NCBI GenBank assembly: GCA_039621445.1
Contig: CP154954.1
Coordinates: 27,392,123-27,456,122, forward strand
Direction of reading: 5' to 3'
Length of the DNA: 64,000 bases
Source of the DNA: Euglena gracilis
Taxonomy: Eukaryota
Part shown: one piece after another, positions 16,701 through 30,700 of the stretch
How the letters are laid out: every line of letters begins with the position of its first letter
Position numbering within the stretch: the first letter of the stretch is position 1
Program-made: the position numbers and the translations under genes
The notes under the pieces: generated by a model
What the model was told of the DNA's origin: nothing
Databases searched by the model: none
The model's input: the letters and a program-made list of their open reading frames with translations, nothing else

Positions 16701-18775
16701 TCAAGCCAGCTACCTCCCCCCCCCCTCAAGCCCAATGAACAGGTGGTGTTCGGACTGTCTAGATTGTCACCATATACTTTTTTTTGTGTCGGCAAGGAAA
16801 TATTCCTTTGTTGCTGTTGTTAGGATGCCAGGGATTCTGATTCAGGTCACGGTACTGATTCCAGTCAGGCTTCCGGATTTGTGGGAGGGTCGACCACCTC
16901 CCCCCCCCCCCAACCCCCTGCATGCAAACCACCCAAAACCCCATTTTTTCACACCTTCCAAAAATCCACAGTTTTCTCAAAATTTTGATTTTGAGAGTTT
17001 CCCGAAAGAAAGAATGCCATTGAAAGTCCAAAAAAATTCAAAGAAAAAATGTCAGTAAAATTTGATTGTGCCAAGATTTGGACCACTTTTTTGACCTTCG
17101 TTTTTTTTCACCCCCCCTAAAAACTGCCAATTTTAAATCCTTTATTTTTGAGTCTTTTTGTAACAAAAAAAAATGTGTTTTTCCATCAAAAAATCATGTG
17201 TTTTGGGTTCATTTTTAAAAAAAAATTCAAAAAATTTTCTGGCCAACATCCTCATTTTCTCGAAATCAGTGAAAATGCTGTGGTGGGTGGAGGGTCGACC
17301 CCCCCCCACCTCCCGGGTGGGGGGTCGACCACCCCCCCCCCCACCATGCCTTCCCGTTCTGCCCTGGCATGCACTGTTTATGCATGTTTCAAGGCTACAC
17401 TGAGAAGGTGACAGAATTAGTGAACACCCATGTCCAATGAACGCCCCCCCGCTCGGACCGTCTAGGTTGTCACCTTAGTGTTCATTGGGCTTGGCGGGGC
17501 TTCCTTTTCCCATGCCAGCTCTAGGCAAAAAACACTGGTTTTTTTTTAATGTGACCCACCCTCCCCCGGGGTCGGCAAGCAATATGGGATGCCCCGTTTG
17601 AATTTCGTCTCATTCAGCGGCAACTCCAGGTTAGAAATGATAATTTTTCCTTCTTTTGTTTACACTGAACAATGGATTCAATGGTCAATTCTGGGGAAAT
17701 TCACACAACGATGGTGTTGCGGTCAGAAACATTTGACTGCCTTCTTTTTGATGGCGTGTGAAGACATTGAAAATATTGGTTTAGTTTTGCATACAACAGT
17801 TAAGTGATCCGAACCAACAACTCACCTGTATGCCCAGAGTGCCACCCGCTGGGATTGTCTGAATCCTGCCGGTGATGTGTCAGGGTTTGTGGAAGGACAC
17901 CATCCAAAATAGCCCTGCATCGGAGAGGTCCGGAACCCCCCTCCCCTGGATTAATACCTCTAGTACCTGGATAATACATAATAGTTAAAAATTAAACGAA
18001 TTCGTTCGAATTTTCTATTCAAAATATGCCCAACACAGGCTGCAAAAATGACTGCTTCCTGCTTTGCTGGATGGCGCCTCTCATTTGAAGCATGCAAGAG
18101 ATTGGTGCACATCCTGAAATGGATAGCTACAGACAATACAAATAAAACATGGACAATTCAGAAACCCCCAAATATGGATAACTATGGACGATAATGCAGA
18201 TAACTACAAATAACTACGGATCACCACTGATATACCAACTTGGTGTTTGGTATGGCTGATGAGGTCTTTTTGAATAAGGGGTAAGGTCTAAACAGTATCA
18301 GCATGTATTGGATGCATGTCAAATCTTTTTGGACGTTTCAGAAGTTGCATTGCACTCGATCTGTTTTCCCCTATTGTATTCAAATGCAGATAACTGCGTA
18401 AAACTGGGGACAATCATTTGACACCCAACCCTGGATAAGCACCAATCCCTGCTGGGTGTATTTGTTTTTTGTGTGTTGGAGCGTTTCTTTGCTTTTTTCT
18501 CAGTGACAAGGAAGCAGCAACAGTTGGGGTATTGAAAGTTCGATTTTCTGTGGCATACAACAGGTGTGTGTGGGTGGGTGCGTGGGTGGGTGGGTGGGTG
18601 GGTGTGGGTGTGGGTGTGGGTGTGGGTGTGGGTGTGGGTGTGGGTGTGGGTGTGGGTGTGGGTGTGGGTGTGGGTGTGGGTGTGGGTGTGGGTGTGGGTG
18701 TGGGTGTGGGTGTGGGTGTGGGTGTGGGTGGGTGGATGGGTGTGGGTGTGGGTGGGTGGGTGTGGGTGTGGGTGT

Positions 18776-18809
<34 letters not shown>

Positions 18810-21800
18810 ATATGGTCACGAACAGTTCAGTATGAGTATATTTATTCTGCATGATTTGAATCACTCTAGTTGCAAGAAGGCCTCCTTTTGTTTTTTGAAC
18901 AATTTTTGATGTTTTTGTGTGTGCATTACTTTAAGAGTCTTTTGTCTTTGTGGTTTTTCCAGTTTTCACAGTATTGTTTTCTTTTATGCTCTTTGCTCCC
19001 AGAGATGTGGAGAAGAAGAACCTTTGGGAACACCTAGTATGCAACCTCGAGACCAATGGTTTTTTTTCCTGCTCAGATGTTCATTGTCCCAAATGATTTT
19101 GTTCTTTCGATGCAATCTCCCTAAGCAACAAATATTCCTCACGTCACAATGGTCAGTTTTGCTGCAGCACGTGGGTTGTTTTTTTTGAATTTGTTCTGTT
19201 TTCTTATTGTGCAAATTCGGCTGTCTCACTGAATTAAGATTGAGATTATTAAATGTTTTTGTATTTCTCAAGCCAGAATCACACAGTCAACTGTTTTGAG
19301 ATTCTGATCAAACTCAATTGTTGAAAACACGCAACTCAATTTTCGAATTCTGCTGATTTTGAATCCCACGCCCTGGTATCGTCTAACCAAGCATTTCTGG
19401 ATCCCAGGCCACACCTTGCTCAGCGCTGCCTCGCCCGCCTCGCCTCAGGTGCCGGTGCAGGACATCATCTACCCAGAAATGGATTGGGGCCAGCCCCCTT
19501 CTGACACATGATTAATGTGGCCCAATTTTTTACTGTTGGGTTTGGGAGGATATGCACAAGGGGGGCTCACCCCCGAAGACACAGTTTTTTTTTGAAAAAA
19601 GGCAAAAACTCAATTTCTTGGCCACTCCCTGCAAAAAAAAACAACGTCTATGATGAGCATGTTAGGACCAAAAGGAGCCCATCACCGGCTTTACAGCAAG
19701 GGGGGGATATGCAGCTTGCTTAATTTGCATTTTTTTGCATAATCGGGTTTTTCCGAAGTTTGCATTTTTTGTATTTTTTTGCAAAAAAAAATGACCTTTG
19801 TGCTGCATTCCTAGCATCAGATATGCTCTCAATTCTCGTAAATGTCCACTTTATTGATGTTCAATGGTGACCTGGAGGGACGATTTGCTTAGACTGAACA
19901 TGCAGGTGCCATTCGTGTTAATTTTCAAAGCGTCAGTGCTTGCCGTTGTCTTCCAGGAGGTCTTCTTTGGGAATCATTGACAAGTACCCCCCCCATGCCC
20001 AATGAACACCCTTGCCCAATGAACAGGGGGTGTTCGGACCGTCTAGATTGTCACCATATACCCTATCTACACAGAAACCGTACCCAAAGCCCAATGAACA
20101 CCCCCCGTTCGGACCGTCTAGATTGTCACTTTAGTGTTCATTGGGCTTGGGGGGGGGGGGAGGTACCCCGGCACATGTTTACGGATTTTAGGCAGCAAAG
20201 CTCTGTTGTCTTCCAGCCTTTTGTCAGGGGTTTTATGCAAGTTGCATTTTTTTGCATTTTTTGCATTTTTTTGACTTGCATAATTTGAAGGGCCAAGTTG
20301 CGTCCCCCCCCCCCCCTGCTGTACAGGGCATGATTCCAGGTTCTAAGGCTCAACCTGACCAACTTTTATGTTCAACTGTTCCAATCCGGAATGGCAATCT
20401 TGCCATCGACAGAGTCCAACAGCGACAGCCTGTGCACGCCGACAACCAAAACGTTGCCAGCAGTGGGGCCGATTCGGCAACAATCCCCGAGGTTTGAGGA
20501 CCCCAGGGGCCTCGGAGAGGCGGGTGACCCGGGGGCCATCCCTCCCCACCTGACTGCAATCCCAAGTGGTGAAGACCGAAAGAAAATCCTCCCCCTGACA
20601 TTTTCAATGGCAGCTTTGGGCCCAAAAGTCAACGTTTCAAAAAAAATATAGCCCAACAATTCCAGCCTTTTGCAGCCACGGTGGGGTTGCGGGCTGTGCC
20701 GTGGTGCCTCTCACCTCTCTCGGGGGGGGGGGGGGGCGGGCTCGGCGGGGGCGCTGGGCGGGACGCCGTGGTGCTGGCGGTGCGGTCCGCCCGAGCCCGG
20801 ATCCTGCTGAAGGCGGAGTCCTCCGGCCTGGCCCCCAAGCTGGAGGCGTGGAACCGGCTGCTGCTGTTCGACAGCCCCCGGCGGTCGGCGCTGGTGTTTG
20901 GCACTGGTGTGGGGGGTCCTCCTCGGCTTCCACCCCGCCAGTTCTGACCCATTCCCCACCCCTGCGTCGCTCGGTTTTGGCCCATCCTTTGCAATTGTGT
21001 GTTGGTTTGTTGGCTCTTTTATGCCTGTTTTATGTCCATGTGCCGGGCAGTAATCCCCCCAAACATAACCAACCTCTATATGTAATATATAGAGGGTTAC
21101 AATTTGGTGTCCACATATAACCATCCTTTTTAGATGGAATGGGGGAAATCCCTAAACAGTCTCATTCTGCCGCTTTTTTTGACAATAAATTCGACGTTTT
21201 TGCCTCAAAATGGTTCCCTGCTGGATTTGTGCTGAAAGTCGGTGGGGTTTGAGCAAGGAATGTACTCGGGACCATTTTGGAATTGGGATTTTAGAATCGG
21301 GATCCCACACCAAATTCGACCCCCCACCCACATGAAACGCCTGAGGGTCTTGAAATTCCACCCAAATGTGAATTATTCTTTGGGAGGTCACACCGTCCTC
21401 CCTGGAGGTGGGTGGGTGGGTGCCCTTCCACTCCCGCCGCAGTGATGGGCGTCAACGGGGTGCTGGGGCATTACCACCTCTGGGGCCAGGGCTGCGCCAG
21501 AGCTGGGCCGTCCTCGGTGCGGCGGAGGGGGGGGGGCGGGTGTGGACCGTTCGGGTCCGGGCTGGGTCCTCCTCCGACCCGTACCACGATGTCTTGTGCG
21601 GTTGGAGGTTGCTCTGCCCCTTCCCGTGGGGCGGTTTCTGCCCAAAAGGCAAACGGCGGAAGGAATTGGGCTGAGGAAGGTCCACGGTACCAGCGCGTCC
21701 CTGCCATGGTGCCTGGCCTCTTCGCCCTGTTCGTCGGCAGCTTTCTGGTCGGGTACCTCCACCAGGATTTCTGGACCGAAAAGGTGACCTCCCCCCCCAC

Positions 21801-24800
21801 ACTTACAAAACCCCCATGGTTTGCTGGTCAGCCGAAAGGGGGGTTTGGTAAAATCCGACCCCCAAATTCCCCAAATGCCCCAAATGCCCCAAATGCTCCC
21901 AAAATGCCCCAAATTGGCAATTTTTGGGCAAATTTTGTCAAAAAGCCATTTTTTTTTGATGGTCAATCGCATAAAAATAGCCAAAAAATCATTTTTGGGA
22001 GGTTTTGCAGCTGAAAACAATCGTTCTCGGCATGTGTAATTTTTCCCCAGGGGGCTATTATTATTAGTAGTCAAGGTTTCGTGTGGTCGGCCTGAGACGG
22101 GGTTTATAATGGGGAGGGTAAGTGGGGGGGGGGGGGGTATCATTGGAGGGGGTTTATGGTTGAGAGCCAACTGGGCTGGCCAGTGGTCAGCTGCACTTTG
22201 TTGCGCATAGTCTGGTGGACGCGAGGGTTGCCAAAAAAACTTATTTTGATTGTTGTTTCCGAAAATTATTTCATCGTCGTTCACTCCTTTGAAAATATTT
22301 TCCCGCCCACATTCCAAGCCCAAGCAACACAGAGTTATAAGGTGCTTTCTCCTTTTCAGTCCAGGAGCCAACACAGTCTATTGAGGAGAATTGAGAAAAA
22401 CACAGTGTGTTCGCAAATCTCCTCAATGTTCTGAAGAAATATTTTTATGGATTGCGGTCAGGGCTTTGTGAGCAATTCGAGCTTTGTTCGGGCCAAACGT
22501 TGGATGACTCTTCTTAGGTGTGTAAACCATCCCACATGAAGGTGGAGAGGACGAAGAAGACCAAGCAGGAACTGGGAAAGTGTGTCCCGCTCCACACCCA
22601 GGAGCTACATCATTGATGTCCACAAGGAGGGGTGCATGTTCATGATTTTCATCGTAAATGCTTTTTTTGAAAACGCGTGAATTTTGGTGTTTTCTTTTGG
22701 TGATCCGCACTGTGGACCCTTGAGGAAATAAGACCCCCCCTGCCTTGGCGACCGATCTCGCATTTGAGCTGTATGCCGGTGAATTTGCCCGACTGGGCCA
22801 ATGTCCCTTTTATTTGCCGGGGTTCTGGTCCAGCTTTGTTTCCGGTTGGTTTCACATTACCCCTACACTACGTGTGGAACACGACCGTTTTGGAACTCTG
22901 GGACGGGCAAACATTTCGCGTTCTTGGCCCTCTGTAAAATTGCACTGGGTTTTGTTTCCCTTGGTTTCATCCTCGAGAAGCAAGAGAAGCCCAAAAAAAT
23001 ACACGAAAGCGCTGGTCTTCCTCCCCCTGCATTTCTGTGTGGCAACTTCCAATGCCAGGTGGTGGTGGGTTTTGAAGTCAGGGAAAGGAGGCAGTTTCAC
23101 ACGAATGGTCCGTTTGTGTGCAATTCCAAGAGTTGACCAAAAAGATTTCACTTTTTTGAACCTTGACAGTCGCTTTTGAGACAAGAGCAGAGTGAACACA
23201 GCTCCACAAAATCTAGGTGCTGCAGAATACCTTAGGTGGTCAATGAAAGTTTGTCAGGGTATTGCATAATGCGTCCCCCTGAATGCAAAAAAAAAAATTA
23301 TGTCGGCCACACCATCTATTCGCAGCCGATGTATTGCGCTTCATTTCTCAACTGAAAGATTGGGTGAAGAGTGGTTTTCAAATATTTATAATATTTATTT
23401 TATATATATAATATATATAATATTAATAATATAAATATATATATAATATATTTTTCCAGAAATAAAATTGTTATTTGGCATTTATGTTGGTGTTTGAGTG
23501 GTAAAAGTGATTTTCACAAAAAAAATGGTTTTCACGGCTCAGCTACCAATGCCTAGATTTGGGCCCCTGCGGCATCATTTTTGTCCAATTTCAAGTTAAG
23601 ATTTAAAGCATGTTGAAGTATTTCCTTAATATGTCCTTATTACACATATAAAATCTATAATACCTAGATATAAAGCACATATAATATACTGAATCGTTTA
23701 AATGCATTTGAATCAAGTGCTTGTGCAGTTGCACGAATAATCCTTTTTTTTTGCTGGTGAAAGTGTTCCGTTTGCACAAAAGCAAATGGACCATTTTGAC
23801 AATTGCGCAAATGGACCACCAAATTTTCGAAGAATAAAATGTGGCATATGTGACTCTGTCTTACTTGCTCAAAGTTGTTCCTGCAACATGCTATGTTGAT
23901 GAGGCAGCCTGTTGGGCAGTCTCCAAACATATGTTTGGCCTGTGGACCCTGTGTGCTCCGGGGGACACTTGGTCCGGGCACCCTAACTGTCAAAAGCTTA
24001 GTTTTCATCTCTGGGTCCTGGCGCCCAGCCCACACCATAATTAAATTGTCCTGTTTTGAATGCCAAGTGGTGATTTTCAAAAAAGGTTGTCATTTGCGCA
24101 ATTGCACAATTGCACCAATGGCCCTAAACAACTACCTGTTGAGGTTAAGGCTTCTCCAGCCCTGCTGATTTCCAGCAAGGATCCAAAAAAAATAACCCCT
24201 CAAAAATTGAATCCCCTACAAACTTCCAAAAAAAACACTGAATTGTGTTTGATTTCTTTCAGTATTGTGTGAAAATTCATATTTTTTAATTATGCAAAAA
24301 ATAAATGTTTGACCGAAAATTTGGGCCCATTCTCCAATTTTTTTGCACCCCCAAGCAGAAAATATGTTGCCATCCAACCGCCCTTCGATTGGTTGGATGG
24401 GAAACCGAATACAAGCTAAGGGGCCTGGACTGGGAAAAAGGGCTTGACCCTCCCTTTAAGCTACAGGGAGTGGGACCACCTGTTGCTTGGATGGCACCCT
24501 GGTTGCTGATGGATCAAGTTTTGGTCCTAGCCCGTATATTTTTCAAGTCGCGTTATTTTTTCAGAGGAACTTTCCAAGGAACTGCACCAACCAATAAAGT
24601 TGAGGAAAGGCTCGACGTTTGGCATCAGGCCGAATTCGATCATTTTGAGAGGGGGCTTCAGAGTACCCTGGGGTGTCTGGGCGGGCAGACACCCCTGGGG
24701 ATCATCCTTGTCCTGTTGTGGGCATGAAATTGCCCAAAAATGCGTCTTTTTGGGCCTCAGGCGCTGAGTGCCTTTGGCCGAGTGCCCAGGAACACCCCTT

Positions 24801-27728
24801 CCCCAAGGAAGGAGATATTGGTGCCTTGGAGTGCCTGTTCCAGTATACGCTCCCATGGAAGCCTTAAATTCAGCCAATTTGAGTGTGACAATGCAAGTAT
24901 CCCCCAAAATTATTCTGATTTCTGTATCCCAAAAAATAATTCCGATTCTGGTTTTTTTTTGAATTTTTGAAATGGACCCAATTTTTTCCCTGTGGATGTG
25001 TCCAAAAATGGTCAATGAAAATGTTTCATTGTTAACAAACAAATCTGAAACGAGCCAATTTGACACCTGAAAAATAATGGGTGAGGATTTGCTCTGTTTG
25101 AGATTTTTGCCAATTTTTCTGCATCTTTTTCGGGCTTTGTTCCAACTTGTGGGACCATTGAAGGACTCTTGGAAAGCTGTCTTTTCACAGTCAACCCGAA
25201 TTTGCAAGGTATTTTTTTTGGCACTTTGTGTCAATTGTCATTTTCATGGGTACAACACATGCCGAACAGGGGGGTGCTATGGGAGGGCACGGGGTGGGCC
25301 CCCACGGGGGTCTGGCGCTGGGCACATTTGACCAGAGACACACGCAATCCACATAGCACCAGACCCCCCCACTCCTCCAAAGCCTCCCCCCTCCCCCACA
25401 TCCCTGCCACTCAGGGTCATGGTCAGCACCGCGTGGCTGAACTGGCGGGTCTTCGACCGCTTCCTGTCCCTCGCCACGTGGCAGCACCCGCGGTCCAGCG
25501 TCCTCGCCCTCGGCTTCTTTTCCGGCTGCTTCCTCCTCACGTTCGTCCTGCCGGGCTGGGTGATGCTGAACTTCCTGCTGGTGGTCTATTTGTCCATCGG
25601 CGGTCTGACCAACCTTCTGGGCATTTTGACGGCACAGCTAAAAGTTTTCTTTTCGGTGAAGTCGTGTATTTTTTTCAAAAAAATACTGGTTTGACAGCCG
25701 TGTTGGTGTGCATTTTGTTTCACTCCAACAAAACCTCTTTTCCCAAACATTTTTCCTCAGTCGCTAGCCACCCTCCCTTCCGCCTCGCAGTATTCATTCG
25801 CTACCCCATCCTCCGCTGCTTCACGTTTGCGTCTCACATGGATGGTGTTCGGCTACGGTCTGCGCCGTCAGTGCACCCTTACGTCGGTGTGCTACCCTCA
25901 ACCCCACTGCCACACTGGAACAATAGCAGTAGCATTTCTTTCCCCGGCATTCTGGTCATCTCATCTGTGCACATGTAATTGCATGTTATTTCAACCCCCC
26001 ACCAACGAGTTTTTTTTATCATTTATTTCCCGCCGCCCTTCAGGCTCGGCGGTAACAGTGTTCGTCGCCTTTGGAGGGGCAAAAATGGGCCGAAAATCGG
26101 CCGAAAATGGGCATGTGGTCCGGAAAAGGGTTGGCCAGGACAGTTTTTGGGTCAAAAAAGTATTTTTTTCTTCATAATTGGCATTTTTTGGACATTTTTG
26201 CAATTTCGAGTTCTGGGCACCCGGTTGGACCCCAGGTCTGGCCCAGCTCCAGCCCCCCAATACCTTGCCGCCCCTTTTTTTCCCTCTCACCCCCAGCAGC
26301 ATTCCAGCAGCGACGCACCCATCCTCCGCTTTTGAGGACATTATTTGATCCTCTATTTCAGATCGTTCTCGGAAGTGAGCAGAGTTGGGCATTTCTTGGA
26401 ATGATTCAATCAGCAAGGTGGGAAAATACCTTTTTTTGAAACTGTGGGGGGTCAGCCAGCAGCCTTTTCCAGCCAGCTCAAATTTTCCAGCCTCTGAGCT
26501 GACCCCCCCCCCCCGGGGGGGCGTCCTTCAGCAACGTCCACAGCCTCGCCATCCAGGCCGGCTCTTCGTCACCATCCACTGCGCCCACGGCTTCCGCGCC
26601 TCCGACCACTTCTCCACGGACCCCTACGTGGCGGTGATGGTCGGGCAGCAGATGGACCGCCCCCAGGGGGCCATGGGCGGCGCCGCATCGCTGGCCGGCC
26701 GGCACTCCTCTCACTTGTGGGCTCTCCATTTCAATCGATACCGCGCGCCGGCCGACCCCGCCTGGGGGGGGGCCAGTTTTTGCATTGTGATGTTTTCCTC
26801 CTCCCCACATATTTGTGGCATTTTCGCCTCAGAACCCGGAGGTCTCTCTCAGCGGGAGCATCTGGCTGGTGTTTCCGCTTTCAGCACCGGCTTGTTTTGC
26901 AGAATGAAATCGCCCTTTCTGTGCGACTGCTTCTCCCGGCTGCTTGGCCGCCGATTGCTCACTGGCGGTGGCGTCCGTCCGCTTTGCCCCATGGGCGCCC
27001 TGCCCCCACCAAGTCCAAGCTGAAGGACATGCACCCCCTCTTCGAGGAGGTGTGCCCCGCCAAAGACCGGCCCCTCCCAGCAGAGGGGTCTGTCTTTGGG
27101 GTGGTTTGGCCCACGGAGCCATCCGATGGATTTGTTTATTCAGCAAATTGTGCAGCTTTTGTTGGGGTGGAAGGGTGGCAGGCTTGGGGTCCGAAGGCAG
27201 AGCTCTCTGTGGGAGGCCCAACGTTTGGCTGAAACCCCGGGAGGGGCGGGGTGGGGGGACAGGCGGTCCGGGGGGTCCTCCGCAGACGATGCAGTTCGTG
27301 GTGTTCAGCCCCAACACGCACGTCCAGGTCCTCCTGTGGGACTGGGACCGGTCGTCCTCCGACGACTTCCTGGGGGAGGGGCAGTTCCAAACCACCGGTG
27401 CCCCTCCATCCCCCCCCTCTCGCGCTGCTGCCTTGTGCGTTGCCATTCACCCAGTTCCGGCAGGCGGCCAGCTTTGGGGCTCAGCGGGACTCACATGCAA
27501 CACGCCTCATTTCGGGATGCCAGCATTCCATCCCGTCAGGATTAGCCGCCCATTGCGCCGGTGAAGGTCCTGCCCCCCCCCCCGGCAGGCATCACGGGGT
27601 GCACCACGAGCAAGTCCAACGTCTGGGTGGACATCCGCCTCCGCCCCGCCTGCTTCGCGGACTACCGGCGGTTCGTGTCCGGCCGTGTGCGGGTCAGCTG
27701 GCAGCTGGAGGACCTTACGCCCCCCTGA
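7772..27728 (+). CDS. C2-domain and transmembrane protein (MCTP/PRT_C-like) with an extra C-terminal C2 domain; exons 11983-12030, 12233-12301, 14004-14088, 16536-16638, 19424-19487, 20762-20906, 21443-21483, 21709-21783, 22518-22579, 25415-25602, 25791-25886, 26557-26660, 27008-27049, 27286-27378, 27561-27728; tentative 5' exons 7772-7837, 8491-8589
   Basis: Phase-consistent joins give a C2-like segment (ELDPFATITVEG...WSVTFNMADRLCDITVHLL), a membrane region (FDRFLSLATWQHPRSSVLALGFFSGCFLLTFVLPGWVMLNFLLVVYL) and a clear C2 domain (GRLFVTIHCAHGFRASDHFSTDPYVAV...TKSKLKDMHPLFEETMQF...LWDWDRSSSDDFLGE...GRVRVSW). Stop TGA at 27726-27728. Exons before 11983 are low confidence. Confidence 0.75.
9729..10128. 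mobile_element. MITE with internal TTTTTGCA repeats and 7-bp TSD, nested in another repeat
   Basis: CAGCCGG|CAG(G)nAATGCAACTTG ... CAAGTTGCATTTTT(C)nTG|CAGCCGG. A related copy lies at ~19697-20318. Confidence 0.8.
18563..18806. repeat. (GGGTGT)n plus (GT)n microsatellite
   Basis: Direct inspection. Confidence 0.95.
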
Positions 27729-30700
27729 CCGCCCGGGCCGCGGCGCGAGCCCCCGGGGCCCCGGCCCGCCGCGCCACGAGTCGACCTCTCTTCCCCTGCG
27801 CCGCGCATCGCTTAGCCGCCCCCGGCGAATCGTCGCTTCCCCTTCCCTGTGAATTGCCAGCGCCGCATGGCTGGCCCGTCCTCCTCCCGCTGCGATTCCA
27901 TTCCCTCCCCCCCAATGCTGAAGGGCCCCCTCAGCACCCCTTCCACGCAAAATTACAGGTTACGTGTTGCAGGTTTAGCTTGCGCTTTGAGAGTTAGCGT
28001 CGTTTTCGCTGTATTTGGCCCTCGCGAGGGTTCAACTCAGCACGACCCATTTTTTGGAATTGCCTTACGCTTTCGGCATACCACTTGTTTGACTTCTGGA
28101 TGTGCCATTCTTCGGCGCTTGTCTGCCCTCCAGGTTTCGCCTGTTGCTCAGCGCTTTGAAACGGCGTGACCCAGAATGCTCCCCAGCCCCCAAAGCTGGC
28201 TGCCAAGTCTGTCGAAGCAAGCAGCGATGCCCGCCATGCATCCGTTCAGCGCCGCAGCTTCACTGGCTTTGCCTGCTGTGCTTCTCAGCCTCGTGAGCCC
28301 AACGCTGGTTGGGTTTCCGTTCCGTTCCGTTCCGTTCCATTCCATTCCATTCCCTCCATCCCCCCTGCTGCCCTCCAGGGGTCCGGCATGGCCAGCTGCC
28401 TGAGGCCATGGGGGGTCCTGGAGGTGGATGAGTGACTGCCCGCTTGCCTCCAGCCTGGGCCTCCAAGACCTCCTTCAGCCCCTTGCCCCACTCGGCTCCC
28501 CCCAACCAGGCGGGTGCCAGGGTGCCCCCAAGCCCTGGCCGGGGTCTGGACCCCCCCTCGTTGACAGGTTTCAAAAACGAAAAAACTTTTTCCAGCGCTG
28601 CATGCCGGAAAATGCATAATATTGCTCGCTGTTCAGCATATTGCACTTTTTTTGGATGCTTTGGTGCTCGTCCGCATGGGGAAAAAAGTTCAAAATTTTC
28701 AAGTAGAAGAGGATGTTTGGATTTTATTTTCAAAGAAAAATTGGGGATTTTCCAACAATTTTGGCCTGATATCCGGTTCTTTGGCCGTCCAAAGAACCGA
28801 AAGTTTTCTTGGCACCTTGCCATTTCGAAAGGAGGAGGGTCTGACCCCCCCATGTAGGGGTCCAGACCCCCTGTGGTCCGCTGAAATGAAGTTGGGCCAG
28901 CACACCCAAGCTGGGTGATGGGACAAAAGTGGTCAAAAATCGCCAAAATACTTTTTTTTTATCTATTTTTGTTTTTTTTGCTTCAATTTTTATTTGGCAG
29001 AAAAATAGCCCGGCTGAATTTTGGTTTTTGCTTCAAAAGGTGCCCTGAATAGCATTTTCGGTCGATATTGGGGTGTTGAATTCTTTCAGACCGGCTCGAA
29101 GCTGCAGGGGCAAAAAAAAATTCTGGCGCTTCATGTCGGGTGCCCACCAGCCTGTCCATAGCAGGCACCCCCCCCCCCTCCGAGCCCGGCGCCAAAGGCA
29201 CCGGGGCCCAGAAAAGGCCATTTTCAATGAAAGTTTTCTGGGTCCCCCCCCTCAGGGCGGTGCGCCTGCTAGGGGCAGGCACCCCATAGCACCCCCCCTC
29301 CCCCCCCGGTCGGTGAGCACAAGCCTGCTTGACGCTCAGTGTGAAATTTTGGCAAAACAGCCAAAATTGGTCGAAAAATGCTCGTAACTCGGGCTAGACA
29401 GGGAGTTGCGGAGAAATCAAATACTGTTAGATGGGGCATTTTAAGGGCTTCAATTTAAGTCTCTGGATATTTCCTTAAACACCCCGCCATTTTTGAGAAA
29501 TTTCAGAAAAATTCATTTTTGACTCAAAGGCCGAAGTTTTGCACTCAACGGCGAGAAGTTCGGCGACCGAAAACTGGAGGTAGGAGGGGGGGGGTCCCTC
29601 CCCACCCCCCCCCCTCTGAGATTCCCATACAAGCCTTTCAAGAGTTTCAAGAGTGGGTGGCCAGGACTCCCCCCCCCCCCCCCCGGGGTGCGCCAGGGGT
29701 CAGTTTTTATCCGCCCAAAAGCCGGGCTGGAAACATTTTATCAGCATTTTCGGCCAAGTTTGGCTTGATTTTGGGTGGGTGAGTGGGTGGTTGGCCCCTG
29801 GGGGGGGGGGGGCGTGGGCAGGCTGTATTTTAGTCGGGTGCCGACCCCACCCCAGGGAGGGGGGGGTGCCTGCCTGGGCAGGCACTCCAAGGCACTCCAA
29901 ATCCGACCCCGGGGGGGGGGGGGCACACGGCCAAAAGTGCCCTAGCACAACGCCGGGGAGCCAAAAATGGCCTATTTTCAAAGGAATGTGCCTAGGCACA
30001 GGCCGAAATCCAACTCCCCCCCCCCTGGGGGGCAGTGCCTGCCTGGGCAGGCACTCACAGGCACTCTGGACCTCCCCCTCCCCCCCGGGGTTGGCAAAAA
30101 AACAGCCTGGTCGTGGGTGGGTTGGGGGAGGTTTTAAACAAAAGTGGGTGAGTTGGTTCAGGGCCGGGGAAAAGTTCCCCCCCCCCAGGGGGTGAGTGAA
30201 TCTCTGGTTCAAGGATCTTTCCCGTTTATTTGACCCCGCCTTGCATCGATAGCCGTGACCGCATTGGGCGTGTATCCCTCCCGCGGCCGTCTTTTGGAAG
30301 GTTTTCTGTGTCATTGCCATTGGGAACCCAACCCGTGCCCCCTTCCTGCCAGAGAGCTAGGACGTCCATTGGCACGTCAGGAGAGAATTGTGTTCATGTT
30401 GTGCTTGGAAACTTCTGAGAAATATGCCAGTTCTATAAAAATTCTTCCCGAATCCCAGAAAGGTGTTGCAGTTCAGCTGCACCTTGTTTTGGGGGGGGGA
30501 ATCTTTTTCCACCTGTACACAGTGTGTCCCCCCACGTTGGTGCAAGGGCAGGTTTGTTTCATTTGTATCACCCAAAAAAGAGTATCATTCATTTGTCACA
30601 AAGTGAAATTTTGTGTATCACATATGTTCACCAAGAAGTGTCAGAAAAAGAAATAATTCCACCTAACGTGGTGGGAAAAAAGGGGCATGATGGCTGAAAA

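Noticed and set aside
18590-18780. (GGGTGT)n as a telomeric tract
   Set aside because: It is not TTAGGG, lies inside an intron and grades into (GT)n.
22745-23179. ORF DLAFELYAGEFARLGQ as an extra MCTP exon
   Set aside because: Exons 22518-22579 and 25415 already join in phase via GT-AG, and no motif supports it.
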